Shown piece after piece: positions 55,035 to 63,708 of a stretch of 64,000 nt of DNA. The notes beneath the pieces are model-generated. The model ran no database searches, was not told the DNA's origin, and saw only the letters and a program-made list of their open reading frames with translations. Numbering within the stretch: the first letter of the stretch is position 1; each line of letters opens with the position of its first letter. The DNA comes from Deltaproteobacteria bacterium (lineage in GTDB: Bacteria > Desulfobacterota > DSM-4660 > Desulfatiglandales > HGW-15). The translations under genes and the position numbers were made by a program. The stretch spans positions 5,050 to 69,049 of the forward strand of contig JAFGFM010000149.1 of assembly GCA_016931115.1 (NCBI GenBank). The letters are read 5' to 3'.

Positions 55035-56513
55035 TTGGCAGAGATTATCAGAACAATACCTGAACCGAATAAAACGGTTGATGTGGTCCGTGAATGTGAT
55101 GTTGTGGTTGTTGGCGGTGGCCCCGGTGGAATCGGTGCAGCGATCGCAGCAGCGCGCAACGGAGCAGATACTGTTCTTATAGAAAGATACGGTCATCTTG
55201 GCGGAATGAGCACTGGCGGGCTTGTTACAATTATTCCATGTATGTCTGACTTTGATGGAAACCTGCAGATTGCAGGCATAAACCAGGAGTTTATAGAGAG
55301 ACTCTCCGAAAGGAAGGCGGAGTTTCATCCTCCAATGGATATATGGGGCTCTGATGACCCCAAGCTTGTCAACTACTGGAATGAAAGATCATTCTTCTGG
55401 GTGCGTGAAAGACGTATAATTTACTCCTCCCTCATTGATGCTGAGATAGGAAAGTGTATCCTGAACAGCATGGTCAATGAGGCGGGTATAAAGACATACC
55501 TGCACGCATGGGGCACAATGCCCATTATGGAGGGGAACAAACCGGTCGGTGTGGTTTTTGAGAGCAAGTCAGGCCGCCAGGCAATAATGGCAAAGGTTGT
55601 AATAGATGCCACAGGGGATGGTGACCTCCTGCCATTTACCGGCGCAACATTTGACACGGATATAGACCCCAGGATCAGGATAGCCAATCTTTCACTCTGC
55701 TACTGGATCGATAATGTCAATCTGGTAAAGGTGGAGGATTTCCGCAGGGAATACCCGGACAAATGGGGCGAGATGATGATGGAGCTTATGCAGAAGGGAG
55801 GTCACCCCGGTTTCATGAGAAGCAACCTCCCCAACCAGGAAAAGGTGGTATGGGTGCATCCTAGATATGCAAACAAGAGCCAGACCGATGTTGAAGAGCT
55901 AACAAGGGTGGAGATGCTTGGCCGTGAGAAGATGCTCATAACCTTTGATTATTTTCAAAAGAATATCCCGGGTTTTGAGGAGAGTTTTATTGTGCTCTCA
56001 TCACCCCAGCTAGGAACAAGGGGCGCAAGAAGGGTGCATGGCGATTACATGGTTACATCAGAAGACCTCCAGCGTAATGTGCCCTTTGACGACACAATCG
56101 CCGTATTCCCGGACCTTGACAGGGGTAAGAATTCCATTGAGTCTCCACTTACCTTTATTCCATACAGGTCGCTTTTGCCAAAAGGCGTTGATAATATGCT
56201 GGTCGGATGCAGGGCATTTTCTTCTGATCAGGAGACCAACAATTTCTTTAATCTTATCCCCCACTGCATTGCACTGGGCGAGGCCGCAGGAACAGCAGCA
56301 GCCCTTTCACTGAAACAGGGTGTTACAGTAAGGGATGTGGATATAGAGGCGCTTAAAAAGCAGCTTATTAAACAGGATGTAATTCTACCCGGCGCATATC
56401 CTGATAAATACAAAAAACCCGGATGTGACAGGGTTACAGTATTTGAGGTGCCATTCTTTGGCGAATGGCAGGTTCCTAAAAAGGATGGAAACCAGATAAA
56501 GGCCGAACACTAA
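55035..56513 (+). CDS. FAD-dependent oxidoreductase
   Basis: Dinucleotide-binding motif VVVVGGGPGGIGAAIAAARNGADTVLIERYGHLGG. TTG start with AAGGAA upstream. Confidence 0.8.
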   Translation: MAEIIRTIPEPNKTVDVVRECDVVVVGGGPGGIGAAIAAARNGADTVLIERYGHLGGMSTGGLVTIIPCMSDFDGNLQIAGINQEFIERLSERKAEFHPPMDIWGSDDPKLVNYWNERSFFWVRERRIIYSSLIDAEIGKCILNSMVNEAGIKTYLHAWGTMPIMEGNKPVGVVFESKSGRQAIMAKVVIDATGDGDLLPFTGATFDTDIDPRIRIANLSLCYWIDNVNLVKVEDFRREYPDKWGEMMMELMQKGGHPGFMRSNLPNQEKVVWVHPRYANKSQTDVEELTRVEMLGREKMLITFDYFQKNIPGFEESFIVLSSPQLGTRGARRVHGDYMVTSEDLQRNVPFDDTIAVFPDLDRGKNSIESPLTFIPYRSLLPKGVDNMLVGCRAFSSDQETNNFFNLIPHCIALGEAAGTAAALSLKQGVTVRDVDIEALKKQLIKQDVILPGAYPDKYKKPGCDRVTVFEVPFFGEWQVPKKDGNQIKAEH

Positions 56514-56641
56514 TTTATACCAATAAAAGGGGTTCATCTTCTCTTGGATTTGAACCCCTTTTTTCATTTCTTACACCAGCCTCTGGACTTAAATTATTAA
56601 TTGTGCCAATATCATCATCAATAAAGAGACAAGGAGTGATT

Positions 56642-56989
56642 ATGCCCTATTTCAGTATTGAGACCAATAAAAAGATTGATATTAAAGATACAGAAAAACT
56701 CATGAGAAAGGCGAGCAGGTTTCTGGCAGAGATGATGACCAAGCCTGAGCAGGCTATAATGGTTGCCATCAAACCCGGGACGCCGCTTATTTTTGGTGGT
56801 ACAGATGATCCCTGTGCCTTTGTGAGAATTAAGGCCCTGGGGCTTGATAAGGGCAAATGCCCCGAGTTTTCAGGAAAGGTATGCGGATTTCTGGAAAAAG
56901 AGATAGGTGTGCCCGGAAACAGGGTATTTATAGAGTTTACAGATATAGATGGCGAGACATTCGGGTATAATGGTGATACGCTGGCGTAG
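56642..56989 (+). CDS. MIF/phenylpyruvate tautomerase family protein
   Basis: Catalytic Pro-1 context MPYFSIETN from ATG 56642, which is preceded by AAGGAG. The track GTG 56603 would bury Pro-1. Confidence 0.8.
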   Translation: MPYFSIETNKKIDIKDTEKLMRKASRFLAEMMTKPEQAIMVAIKPGTPLIFGGTDDPCAFVRIKALGLDKGKCPEFSGKVCGFLEKEIGVPGNRVFIEFTDIDGETFGYNGDTLA

Positions 56990-56990
56990 G

Positions 56991-57186
56991 GCGCATAGCG
57001 CAGGGCACAGGGTGAAAAGCTCAAAGCTCAAGGCTCGAAGCTCAAAGCATAAAATATAGGGCACAAGGCGCAAGGGGCAAGGTGTAAAATAATAACTGGT
57101 TTACGGTTTAAGGTATGCGGTGTAAGGAAGCCGCAGACCGAATACCGCAGACCGTAAACCTAATTTCAGGGGTTGCAGGTAAAATT
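56991..57186 (+). repeat. 28 phase-locked heptanucleotides filling the whole intergenic spacer
   Basis: GCGCATA GCGCAGG GCACAGG GTGAAAA GCTCAAA GCTCAAG GCTCGAA GCTCAAA GCATAAA ATATAGG GCACAAG GCGCAAG GGGCAAG GTGTAAA ATAATAA CTGGTTT ACGGTTT AAGGTAT GCGGTGT AAGGAAG CCGCAGA CCGAATA CCGCAGA CCGTAAA CCTAATT TCAGGGG TTGCAGG TAAAATT, then ATG. Confidence 0.85.
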
Positions 57187-58413
57187 ATGGATATGGAAGA
57201 TGACATTATAGAAGATGACATTATAGAAGAGAATGGCAAGGTTGAAGAGACTTTTGGAGAGAGCTTTGAGGAGCTCTTAAAACAGAGCGAGGTAAAGGCT
57301 ACATTTTTTCAGCCGGGTCAGGAGATAGAGACCACCATTATCCAGATCGCTGATGAATGGGTTTTTATCGACACGGGGAGTAAATCCGAAGGTGTCATTG
57401 CCCTGAATGAGTTCAAGGATGAAGAGGGGAATATCAGCATAAAGACTGGCGATACAGTCAGGGCCTATTTCCTCTCATCCCATAACAGTGAAAGACTCTT
57501 TACCACAAAACTTTCTCTTGAATCCACAGGCAAGGAATTTCTTGAGGATGCCTATCATAACGGCATACCTGTTCAGGGGGTTGTTGAAAAAGAGGTAAAG
57601 GGGGGGTATGAGATCAGGCTTGCCGGCAAGACCCGCGCATTCTGCCCCTTCTCCCAGCTGGGCCTTGGACGTATAGAGGACAGCAGCACAGTCACAGGTT
57701 CTGAACTCACATTCAGGGTAACCCAGTATGGTGAAAAGGGCCGTAACATTGTCCTCTCACACCGTGCAATTGTTGAACAGGAGAGGGAAAAAAGAAAGCT
57801 TGAATTGAAAGATTCCCTCAAGGTGGGGATGACAGTGACAGGCACAGTAACATCTATTAAAAAATTCGGGGCATTTATAGAGGCAGATGGCATAGAGGGG
57901 CTGATCCCTGTATCAGAGCTCTCATGGGGACGCGTGGACGATATAGAGGGGATTCTCTCTATCGGTCAGAAGGTGGAGGTTGTTATCTCATCACTTGACT
58001 GGGATAATAACAAATATTCATTCAGCCTGAAGGAAAAACTCCCTGATCCCTGGGATACCATAATAAAAAAATACCCTGAAGGTTCGCTGCATAAGGGTAA
58101 AGTGGCAAGGCTTGAGAAGTTTGGGGCATTTATCACCCTTGAGCCTGGCATAGATGGCCTTCTCCATATCTCTGAGCTTGGCAAAGAGAAGAGAATAAAC
58201 CATGCAAGAGAGGCGCTTACCGCAGGTCAGGAGATAGATGTAAGGATAAACGGCATAGATAAAGAAAAGAGAAGGCTTTCACTTGGCCTGGCATCAAATG
58301 AGAAGGATGAGGAAAAAGAGGTATTTGAGAGCTTCAGCAGTGCCAGCAGCAAGGCTGGCGGTTCATTCGGCACCCTCGGAGACCTTTTAAAGACAAAGCT
58401 TACTAAAAAATAA
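57187..58413 (+). CDS. S1 RNA-binding domain protein (four S1 repeats, acidic N-terminus)
   Basis: Four repeats of the S1 OB-fold pattern (e.g. GMTVTGTVTSIKKFGAFIEADGIEGLIPVSEL). ATG 57187 is preferred over track ATG 57115, which lies inside the heptad array. Confidence 0.8.
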   Translation: MDMEDDIIEDDIIEENGKVEETFGESFEELLKQSEVKATFFQPGQEIETTIIQIADEWVFIDTGSKSEGVIALNEFKDEEGNISIKTGDTVRAYFLSSHNSERLFTTKLSLESTGKEFLEDAYHNGIPVQGVVEKEVKGGYEIRLAGKTRAFCPFSQLGLGRIEDSSTVTGSELTFRVTQYGEKGRNIVLSHRAIVEQEREKRKLELKDSLKVGMTVTGTVTSIKKFGAFIEADGIEGLIPVSELSWGRVDDIEGILSIGQKVEVVISSLDWDNNKYSFSLKEKLPDPWDTIIKKYPEGSLHKGKVARLEKFGAFITLEPGIDGLLHISELGKEKRINHAREALTAGQEIDVRINGIDKEKRRLSLGLASNEKDEEKEVFESFSSASSKAGGSFGTLGDLLKTKLTKK

Positions 58414-58885
58414 AAACAAGAATTAAAATCCCTGATTTAGGATCATATTAAATGGTGACGCCTGAACCAGGGCTTTTTTTTGTGGTTCTAATACTCGAGT
58501 TTTACACCAGATATCTATTACGTAGAGGTTTAAAACACGAGGTCTCCACTGATTTAGGAAAAACCAGCTATTTAGATATCTTTTCATTTTTTGATAATGT
58601 TGAAGGGGTTGAGACCTTTAACAGGGAGTGTGACCTAGTTTCCCTTGGATCTGCAAGACTCAGTTAAATCAGGTATCATTTCTACCATAATAAATTTTAC
58701 CAGGTTTCCCTCATCCTTGATAATGGTCTTGATAATAAGGCCCTTTTAACTGAATTGACTAATGAGTTTGGTACGCCGGAAGAGTATTCAGGTGTATATA
58801 TCTGGGAAAATGATACGGTTTCAATACGCCTTTATCCAGGGGGTGCTGCAATCAGCTTTCTGCCAATACTGAATGAGATAGTTGA

Positions 58886-59521
58886 TTATACTTTGGTTCC
58901 GCATAATACTGCAAAGAGGCCTTCGCCATAGCCCGGTTTTACAGGTTCATCTGATGAACACTCTGCCGGATTGTTAAAAATGGTCTGGCTAAAGCTGAAT
59001 TCTTTAAACCCGGTCTGCCTCATAATTTCAAGGATATCACCTGCCGCATAGAAATTAGCCTCTTTATAAAACAGGCTGTCACGTCTCTTCTCAAGGTATT
59101 CATGCGCATGGGGGCTCTCTTTATCTATCATCCCTATAATGATTCTCCCTCTTTTGTGAAGCACCCTCAGGGCTTCACAAAAGGTTTCATGAATATCATC
59201 TACAAAACAGATTACTGTTACCATCAGTACAATGCCGAATGATGCACTTTTAAAGGGGATTGCTTCAGCCACTCCGCGGACAACCCTGACACCCCTTTGC
59301 AATGCAAACCGTGCCATGTTTTCAGATGGCTCAACCCCTGTATTGATCTCAAGCGGAGCGGCAAACCTGCCGCTCCCTGCGCCGATCTCCACAGCCGGAC
59401 AATTTACAGGGCCAAGTAATGATCTGACCGCCCTCAACTCCGCATTGTAGGCTGAGGGATTTTTCTCAAACCATTTATCGTATTCCTGTGCATGGCCCTG
59501 GTAAACATCAATTACAGACAT
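58886..59521 (-). CDS. Class I SAM-dependent methyltransferase
   Basis: Motif I VEIGAGSGRFA. 211 aa. Confidence 0.8.
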   Translation of the reverse strand: MSVIDVYQGHAQEYDKWFEKNPSAYNAELRAVRSLLGPVNCPAVEIGAGSGRFAAPLEINTGVEPSENMARFALQRGVRVVRGVAEAIPFKSASFGIVLMVTVICFVDDIHETFCEALRVLHKRGRIIIGMIDKESPHAHEYLEKRRDSLFYKEANFYAAGDILEIMRQTGFKEFSFSQTIFNNPAECSSDEPVKPGYGEGLFAVLCGTKV

Positions 59522-59532
59522 TTTCTCTCATG

Positions 59533-59793
59533 CTAAAGATGGTTTGCTAAGAATTTATCCAATTTATCTTTATCAGTAGCAACATCAACCGGAACCCACT
59601 CATTGTTCAGTAACAGGTTTGTAGAGCCCTTGAATTGAGAGGCATATTTGAGCGCCTCTGCGGAATCAAGTGTTAATATTTTTAATTCTATTTTATCACC
59701 ATACTTTTCCTTCATGCTGTTGGCTACAACTATAGCCCGTTTGCAGGACCCTCAGCCAGGGTTACCGCTATGAAACAGAGTCAGCTTTACCAT
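59533..59793 (-). CDS. Thioredoxin-fold selenoprotein candidate with U-G-S-C redox motif (in-frame TGA at 59752..59754)
   Basis: ATG 59793 has GGAGG 7 nt upstream. Translation is MVKLTLFHSGNPG-U-GSCKRAIVVANSMKEKYGDKIELK.... The track reports only the part after the internal Met (59533..59715). Confidence 0.7.
59715..59745 (-). promoter_or_regulatory. SECIS-like hairpin downstream of UGA 59754
   Basis: Lower stem UGC/GCA and upper stem GGCUA/UAGCC (59737..59722), with loop UAGUUG. The apical loop starts 19 nt after the UGA. Confidence 0.5.
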
Positions 59794-59914
59794 TTTAATT
59801 CCTCCAAAATTGATTATAAGGTTTATAATCAATCATTATATGGATACAAGATATTATGTCAAATGTAGTTAAAACTGTTCATAACCAGTAATCAGGGTAT
59901 TTCTTTCCTTTGGT

Positions 59915-60265
59915 TCAATAACCCATCACTGCTATTGAAGTAGCTACAGCAAAGGCAGAGGCAAGCCAGGGTATTTGCCCAAGCATCTGAAAGCTTGCTA
60001 CACCGATTATTGCGGAAAGCACATGCCCTCCAATAAGGTTTCTGGGCTGTGCAAGAGTGCTTCTGATTGCACCATAAATAAGCACTGCTGATGCGCCGAA
60101 AGAACCAATAAGCATGATCATGCTGCTGCCTGTAAGCAGGTTAAAGTGAAGAAACCCGACAAGACTGATTCCCAGAAAAGCGCCTATCCATGACCAGAAT
60201 ATCTTTGCCCTGCTTACAGCAGGAGGGCTTTTTGTGATGCCTTTCATCTTTTTGAAATACGCCAT
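59915..60265 (-). pseudogene. HPP-family membrane protein, truncated before the HPP motif
   Basis: GSFGASAVLIYG...AQPRNLIGGHVLSAIIG matches the HPP family, but the ORF stops (SIAVMGY*) before the eponymous HPP motif. The upstream 75-aa ORF (60244..60471) overlaps it in another frame. Confidence 0.45.
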
Positions 60266-60625
60266 CGCTGATTACTTGCATGTTTATATGCCTTTAAATA
60301 AAACTCTTTGAAATCTGCGGGAGTGATATCAATATATCCTTCCATTGACCTCATGGCAGAAAAGATATCCTCATCATTTATCTCAGGCGGGCATGAAAGG
60401 GTATTAATATCTGTCATTATGATTTCCCTCACAGGATCAAGTTTTATAATGATATGGCAATCAATCGCCATGATTTATGTGAGTTTAACACTGTTAGCGG
60501 GATATGCCTTGACATAAGTCAAAGTATTGAACGCAGAATCAGTCAAATATTATGAAATCAAGAATTATTCATAATTGACATATTTTTGGCATATTTAGTA
60601 ATATCGCTAACTACTAAAGTCACAG

Positions 60626-60678
60626 CCGCCGTCGCTTGAGCTTCCGCTACCGCATCCAAGCTATGGCGGGCCAGGGAG
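60626..60678. repeat. Dispersed intergenic element (second copy at 25786..25819)
   Basis: CCGCCgTCGCT...AAGCTAtGGCgGGcCAGGGAG here, versus CCGCCtTCGCT-AAAAGCTAcGGCaGGaCAGGGGG at 25.8 kb. This copy carries an extra 21 nt (three heptads). Confidence 0.55.
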
Positions 60679-60770
60679 ACTTTTATTTTAAATTATACTC
60701 CGTGTTCTCCGCGGTGAAAAACAGGCTATTGTATTTACGCAGATGTATACTTATAAGATGGGAGGTATGA

Positions 60771-60845
60771 ATGAAAGAAAGGTATATGAAATTTGGGCTG
60801 CTGGCATCCGGGCTTGGGATCGGGCTCATGCTTTTTTCGATGTAA
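60771..60845 (+). CDS. Candidate 24-aa hydrophobic peptide
   Basis: GGGAGG 5 nt before ATG 60771. Translation is MKERYMKFGLLASGLGIGLMLFSM. Too short for the track. Confidence 0.25.
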   Translation: MKERYMKFGLLASGLGIGLMLFSM

Positions 60846-60891
60846 GTATAGTCATAAAGAAGACAGGGCAGAGAAAAGAGGAAAGGGAATT

Positions 60892-61830
60892 ATGAAAGAG
60901 GCATATGTTCACGGGTATGACCCGCGGGAGAATATACGTTTACAGGATCAGGCTGAAACGCTTGTTGAGCTGCTCCATTCTGATACATTTTATTCTGAAG
61001 GAAGCCTTGTGCTTGAGGCAGGGTGCGGTGTTGGTGCACAGACAGTAACACTGGCAAAGAATAGCCCAGGGGCATCTATAGTATCTGTGGATATCTCTGA
61101 TATTTCGGTTAAACAGGCAGAAGAGAAGGTGCGTGATGCGGGGTTTACTAATGTACAGTTCAGGCAGGGGGATATCTTTAACCTGCCGTTTGCGCCACAG
61201 ACATTTGATCATGTATTTGTCTGCTTTGTGCTTGAGCACCTTAATGATCCCGTGTTGGCACTGAAAACACTTAAAACATATCTCAAGTTCAATGGCACCA
61301 TCACGGTTATTGAAGGGGATCATGGCTCCACATATTTTTATCCTGACAGCGAGGCTGCACATTCTGCTATCGACTGTCAGGTAGCTTTGCAGGCTCGGGC
61401 AGGAGGAAATGCCCTTATAGGCAGGGCGCTTTACCCATTGCTTACATCCGCAGGGTACAACTCTGTAAAGGTCTCACCCAGGATGGTTTATGTAGATGCC
61501 AGCAAGCCTGCGCTTGTTGACGGGTTCACCAGAAAAACCTTTACCGCCATGATTGAGGGTGTGCGCCATTCTGCCATCACGAACAATATTATAGACCCTG
61601 ACACATTTGATAAGGGTATAGAAGACCTGTACCGCACAACAGAGGCTGACGGTGATTTGTGCAAAGTTGGAATATCCCCATTTCGTAGAGACAAGGCATG
61701 CCTTGTCTCTTGTTTCCCCCGATCATCTTGGGAACGTTTTGGTTTGACGCTCCTCATCTTCCAAAAAATGATAGCTGCTATTAAGAATTGGATATCTGGT
61801 TTTCCCTTTACATCCCCTGCTTTACAGTAA
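60892..61830 (+). CDS. Class I SAM-dependent methyltransferase with an aberrant 3' end
   Basis: Motif I LEAGCGVGAQT from ATG 60892 (AGAGGAAAGGG upstream). After ...TTEADG the reading frame runs through a 24-bp perfect palindrome and continues as a low-plausibility sequence. Confidence 0.7.
   Translation: MKEAYVHGYDPRENIRLQDQAETLVELLHSDTFYSEGSLVLEAGCGVGAQTVTLAKNSPGASIVSVDISDISVKQAEEKVRDAGFTNVQFRQGDIFNLPFAPQTFDHVFVCFVLEHLNDPVLALKTLKTYLKFNGTITVIEGDHGSTYFYPDSEAAHSAIDCQVALQARAGGNALIGRALYPLLTSAGYNSVKVSPRMVYVDASKPALVDGFTRKTFTAMIEGVRHSAITNNIIDPDTFDKGIEDLYRTTEADGDLCKVGISPFRRDKACLVSCFPRSSWERFGLTLLIFQKMIAAIKNWISGFPFTSPALQ
61687..61710. repeat. 24-bp perfect palindrome, best copy of the GTAGAGACAAGGCA element
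   Basis: AGAGACAAGGCATGCCTTGTCTCT, preceded by CGT. Lies inside the 3' part of the methyltransferase ORF. Confidence 0.8.
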
Positions 61831-61944
61831 CTCCATCCAACCATAATCTGGCACATTTTTTGCGAAATATAATTAATTTTTTATCGAGTTTAAAAAAGGT
61901 TTGCTGGGTTTTATTTTTACACAGAAATTATTTGAGGCATATCC

Positions 61945-63681
61945 ATGAAAACACCATCCCTGAAAAATCTGTTACTATCTGTTTTTATTGTATTAATATC
62001 ATTTTGCGGCATAGTGTTGGCTCAGCCTGACTCCGGAACTCTTCTCAAGGAGCAGAGGCAGTCTGCTCCTGCTATTCCTGACCGTTTCCCGGAAAAGGAG
62101 GTCATCAAAGAGGCTGAAGCACCATCTTCTGACACAGGTGTCAAAATTCCTGTCAGGGAGATAAAATTCACAGGTGATTACAGTAAAATGGCCACAGAGG
62201 TTGAACTGTATGAACTTGTGAGAGAAAAGATAGGTAAGGAGCTTACATTTTTTGAGCTTAAGCAGATGGCCCTTCATATTACGAACTATCTGCGTGAGAA
62301 AAAGGGGTTTCTGCTCGCCCGTGCATATCTGCCTGAACAGGATGTAACAGATGGCATTATAGAGATACGTGTTCTTGCGGGGCAGATTTCAGGTAAGGCA
62401 AATATAAATGTCAGGGAACCTGCAAGGGTGAGAAAAGACCTTCTTCAGGGGATGGCTGACAATGCAATACCTGAAAATAGTTCAACACGAATGGACAAAA
62501 TAGAGAGGGCCGTACTTCTTATTAATGACCTTCCCGGCATAAAGGCTCAGGCATCTCTTGAGCCAGGGGCAACACCGGGTTCAACCTCTCTTAAAATAAA
62601 TGCCTCAGAAGATCGCCTTATCCAGGGTCTTCTTTCTGCGGACAACCATGGTGACCGCTATACAGGTTACATTCGCGGGGCAGGACAGATATTTGCTAAT
62701 GATCCATTTGGTCTGGGTGATCAGATAGCCATTTCATATGTTGGGGCTGAAGATATGATTCATGGTATTGCCTCCTATGCCCTGCCCATCGGCTACAGCG
62801 GGTTAAATGGAGACATCTCCTATTCCTATCTCCATTATGAACTGGGAGAAGAGATGAAACCGCTTAATGCAAAAGGGCAGGCACAGGTTATTGGTTCAAA
62901 CCTTTCATACCCTGTTGTTCGATCACGCAGGGCAAGCCTATGGCTGGGACTCGGTTTTGAATATCTTGATCTATGGGATGAGGCAAACAGTATAAAAACA
63001 AGAGATCGTGAACTGGCTGTGGGGAGCCTTAACCTCAAAGGTAACTTTTTTGACCAGTATAAAGGGGGCGGGCTTACCATTGCAGAAATGACCTTTTATG
63101 CAGGGAATGCGGATCTGTCCGGGCTTACTTCAAACAGGATTGCCGATGCCGCAGGCCCTGACACGCATGGAGGTTTTTCTCGCCTTACCTATTCCATTGC
63201 GAGGCTTCAGAGGATGACTCAGGCAACTGCTCTTTTTGTATCACTTAGAGGTCAGCTAGCAACGGGCAACCTTGATTCATCACAGAAATTCATACTTGGC
63301 GGACCTTATGGTGTGAGGTCATACCCATCCGGAGAGGGGGCCGGTGATGCTGGTCATATGGGGACAGTGGAGATCAGGTATGACCTTCCCCCAATTCCCT
63401 ATTTAAAGTCAACACAACTCATAGGTTTTTATGATACAGGGTGGATCAAACTGAACCATGACCCCTGGTTAGGGGCAATTGTAAATGCCACGGGTAAAAA
63501 TGACTATGTGCTATCAAGTGGCGGTATCGGATTAAATATTCAGGATCCGGGTGTTTACAGTCTGAGGGCAACCTACGCCCATAAGACAGGTTCAAATGAT
63601 GGAAGGAGCATTCAGGGCAAGAATGCTGATAACCGCGCCCACAGAGGACGTTTCTGGGTTCAGTTTGTTTTATGGTTTTAA
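61945..63681 (+). CDS. Two-partner secretion transporter (TpsB; ShlB/FhaC/HecB family)
   Basis: Signal peptide, POTRA region (IREIKFTGD...), and a 16-strand-type barrel with C-terminal ...RFWVQFVLWF. Confidence 0.85.
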   Translation: MKTPSLKNLLLSVFIVLISFCGIVLAQPDSGTLLKEQRQSAPAIPDRFPEKEVIKEAEAPSSDTGVKIPVREIKFTGDYSKMATEVELYELVREKIGKELTFFELKQMALHITNYLREKKGFLLARAYLPEQDVTDGIIEIRVLAGQISGKANINVREPARVRKDLLQGMADNAIPENSSTRMDKIERAVLLINDLPGIKAQASLEPGATPGSTSLKINASEDRLIQGLLSADNHGDRYTGYIRGAGQIFANDPFGLGDQIAISYVGAEDMIHGIASYALPIGYSGLNGDISYSYLHYELGEEMKPLNAKGQAQVIGSNLSYPVVRSRRASLWLGLGFEYLDLWDEANSIKTRDRELAVGSLNLKGNFFDQYKGGGLTIAEMTFYAGNADLSGLTSNRIADAAGPDTHGGFSRLTYSIARLQRMTQATALFVSLRGQLATGNLDSSQKFILGGPYGVRSYPSGEGAGDAGHMGTVEIRYDLPPIPYLKSTQLIGFYDTGWIKLNHDPWLGAIVNATGKNDYVLSSGGIGLNIQDPGVYSLRATYAHKTGSNDGRSIQGKNADNRAHRGRFWVQFVLWF

Positions 63682-63708
63682 TTGATAATTTTTAAGAGGT
63701 TATAACTC

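Noticed and set aside
57115-57186. Track start ATG 57115 for the S1-domain protein.
   Set aside because: It lies inside the phase-locked heptad array and would encode a repeat-derived peptide (MRCKEAADRIPQTVNLISG...). ATG 57187 follows the array exactly.
59912-59917. TGA ending the HPP fragment as a possible Sec or readthrough site.
   Set aside because: The sequence after the TGA (TKGKKYPDYWL*) does not continue the HPP family pattern and stops again after 11 codons.
60808-60826. TGGCAT-N5-CTTGG as a sigma-54 promoter upstream of the methyltransferase.
   Set aside because: The -12 element does not match TTGC at the correct spacing. A single weak match is not supportable.
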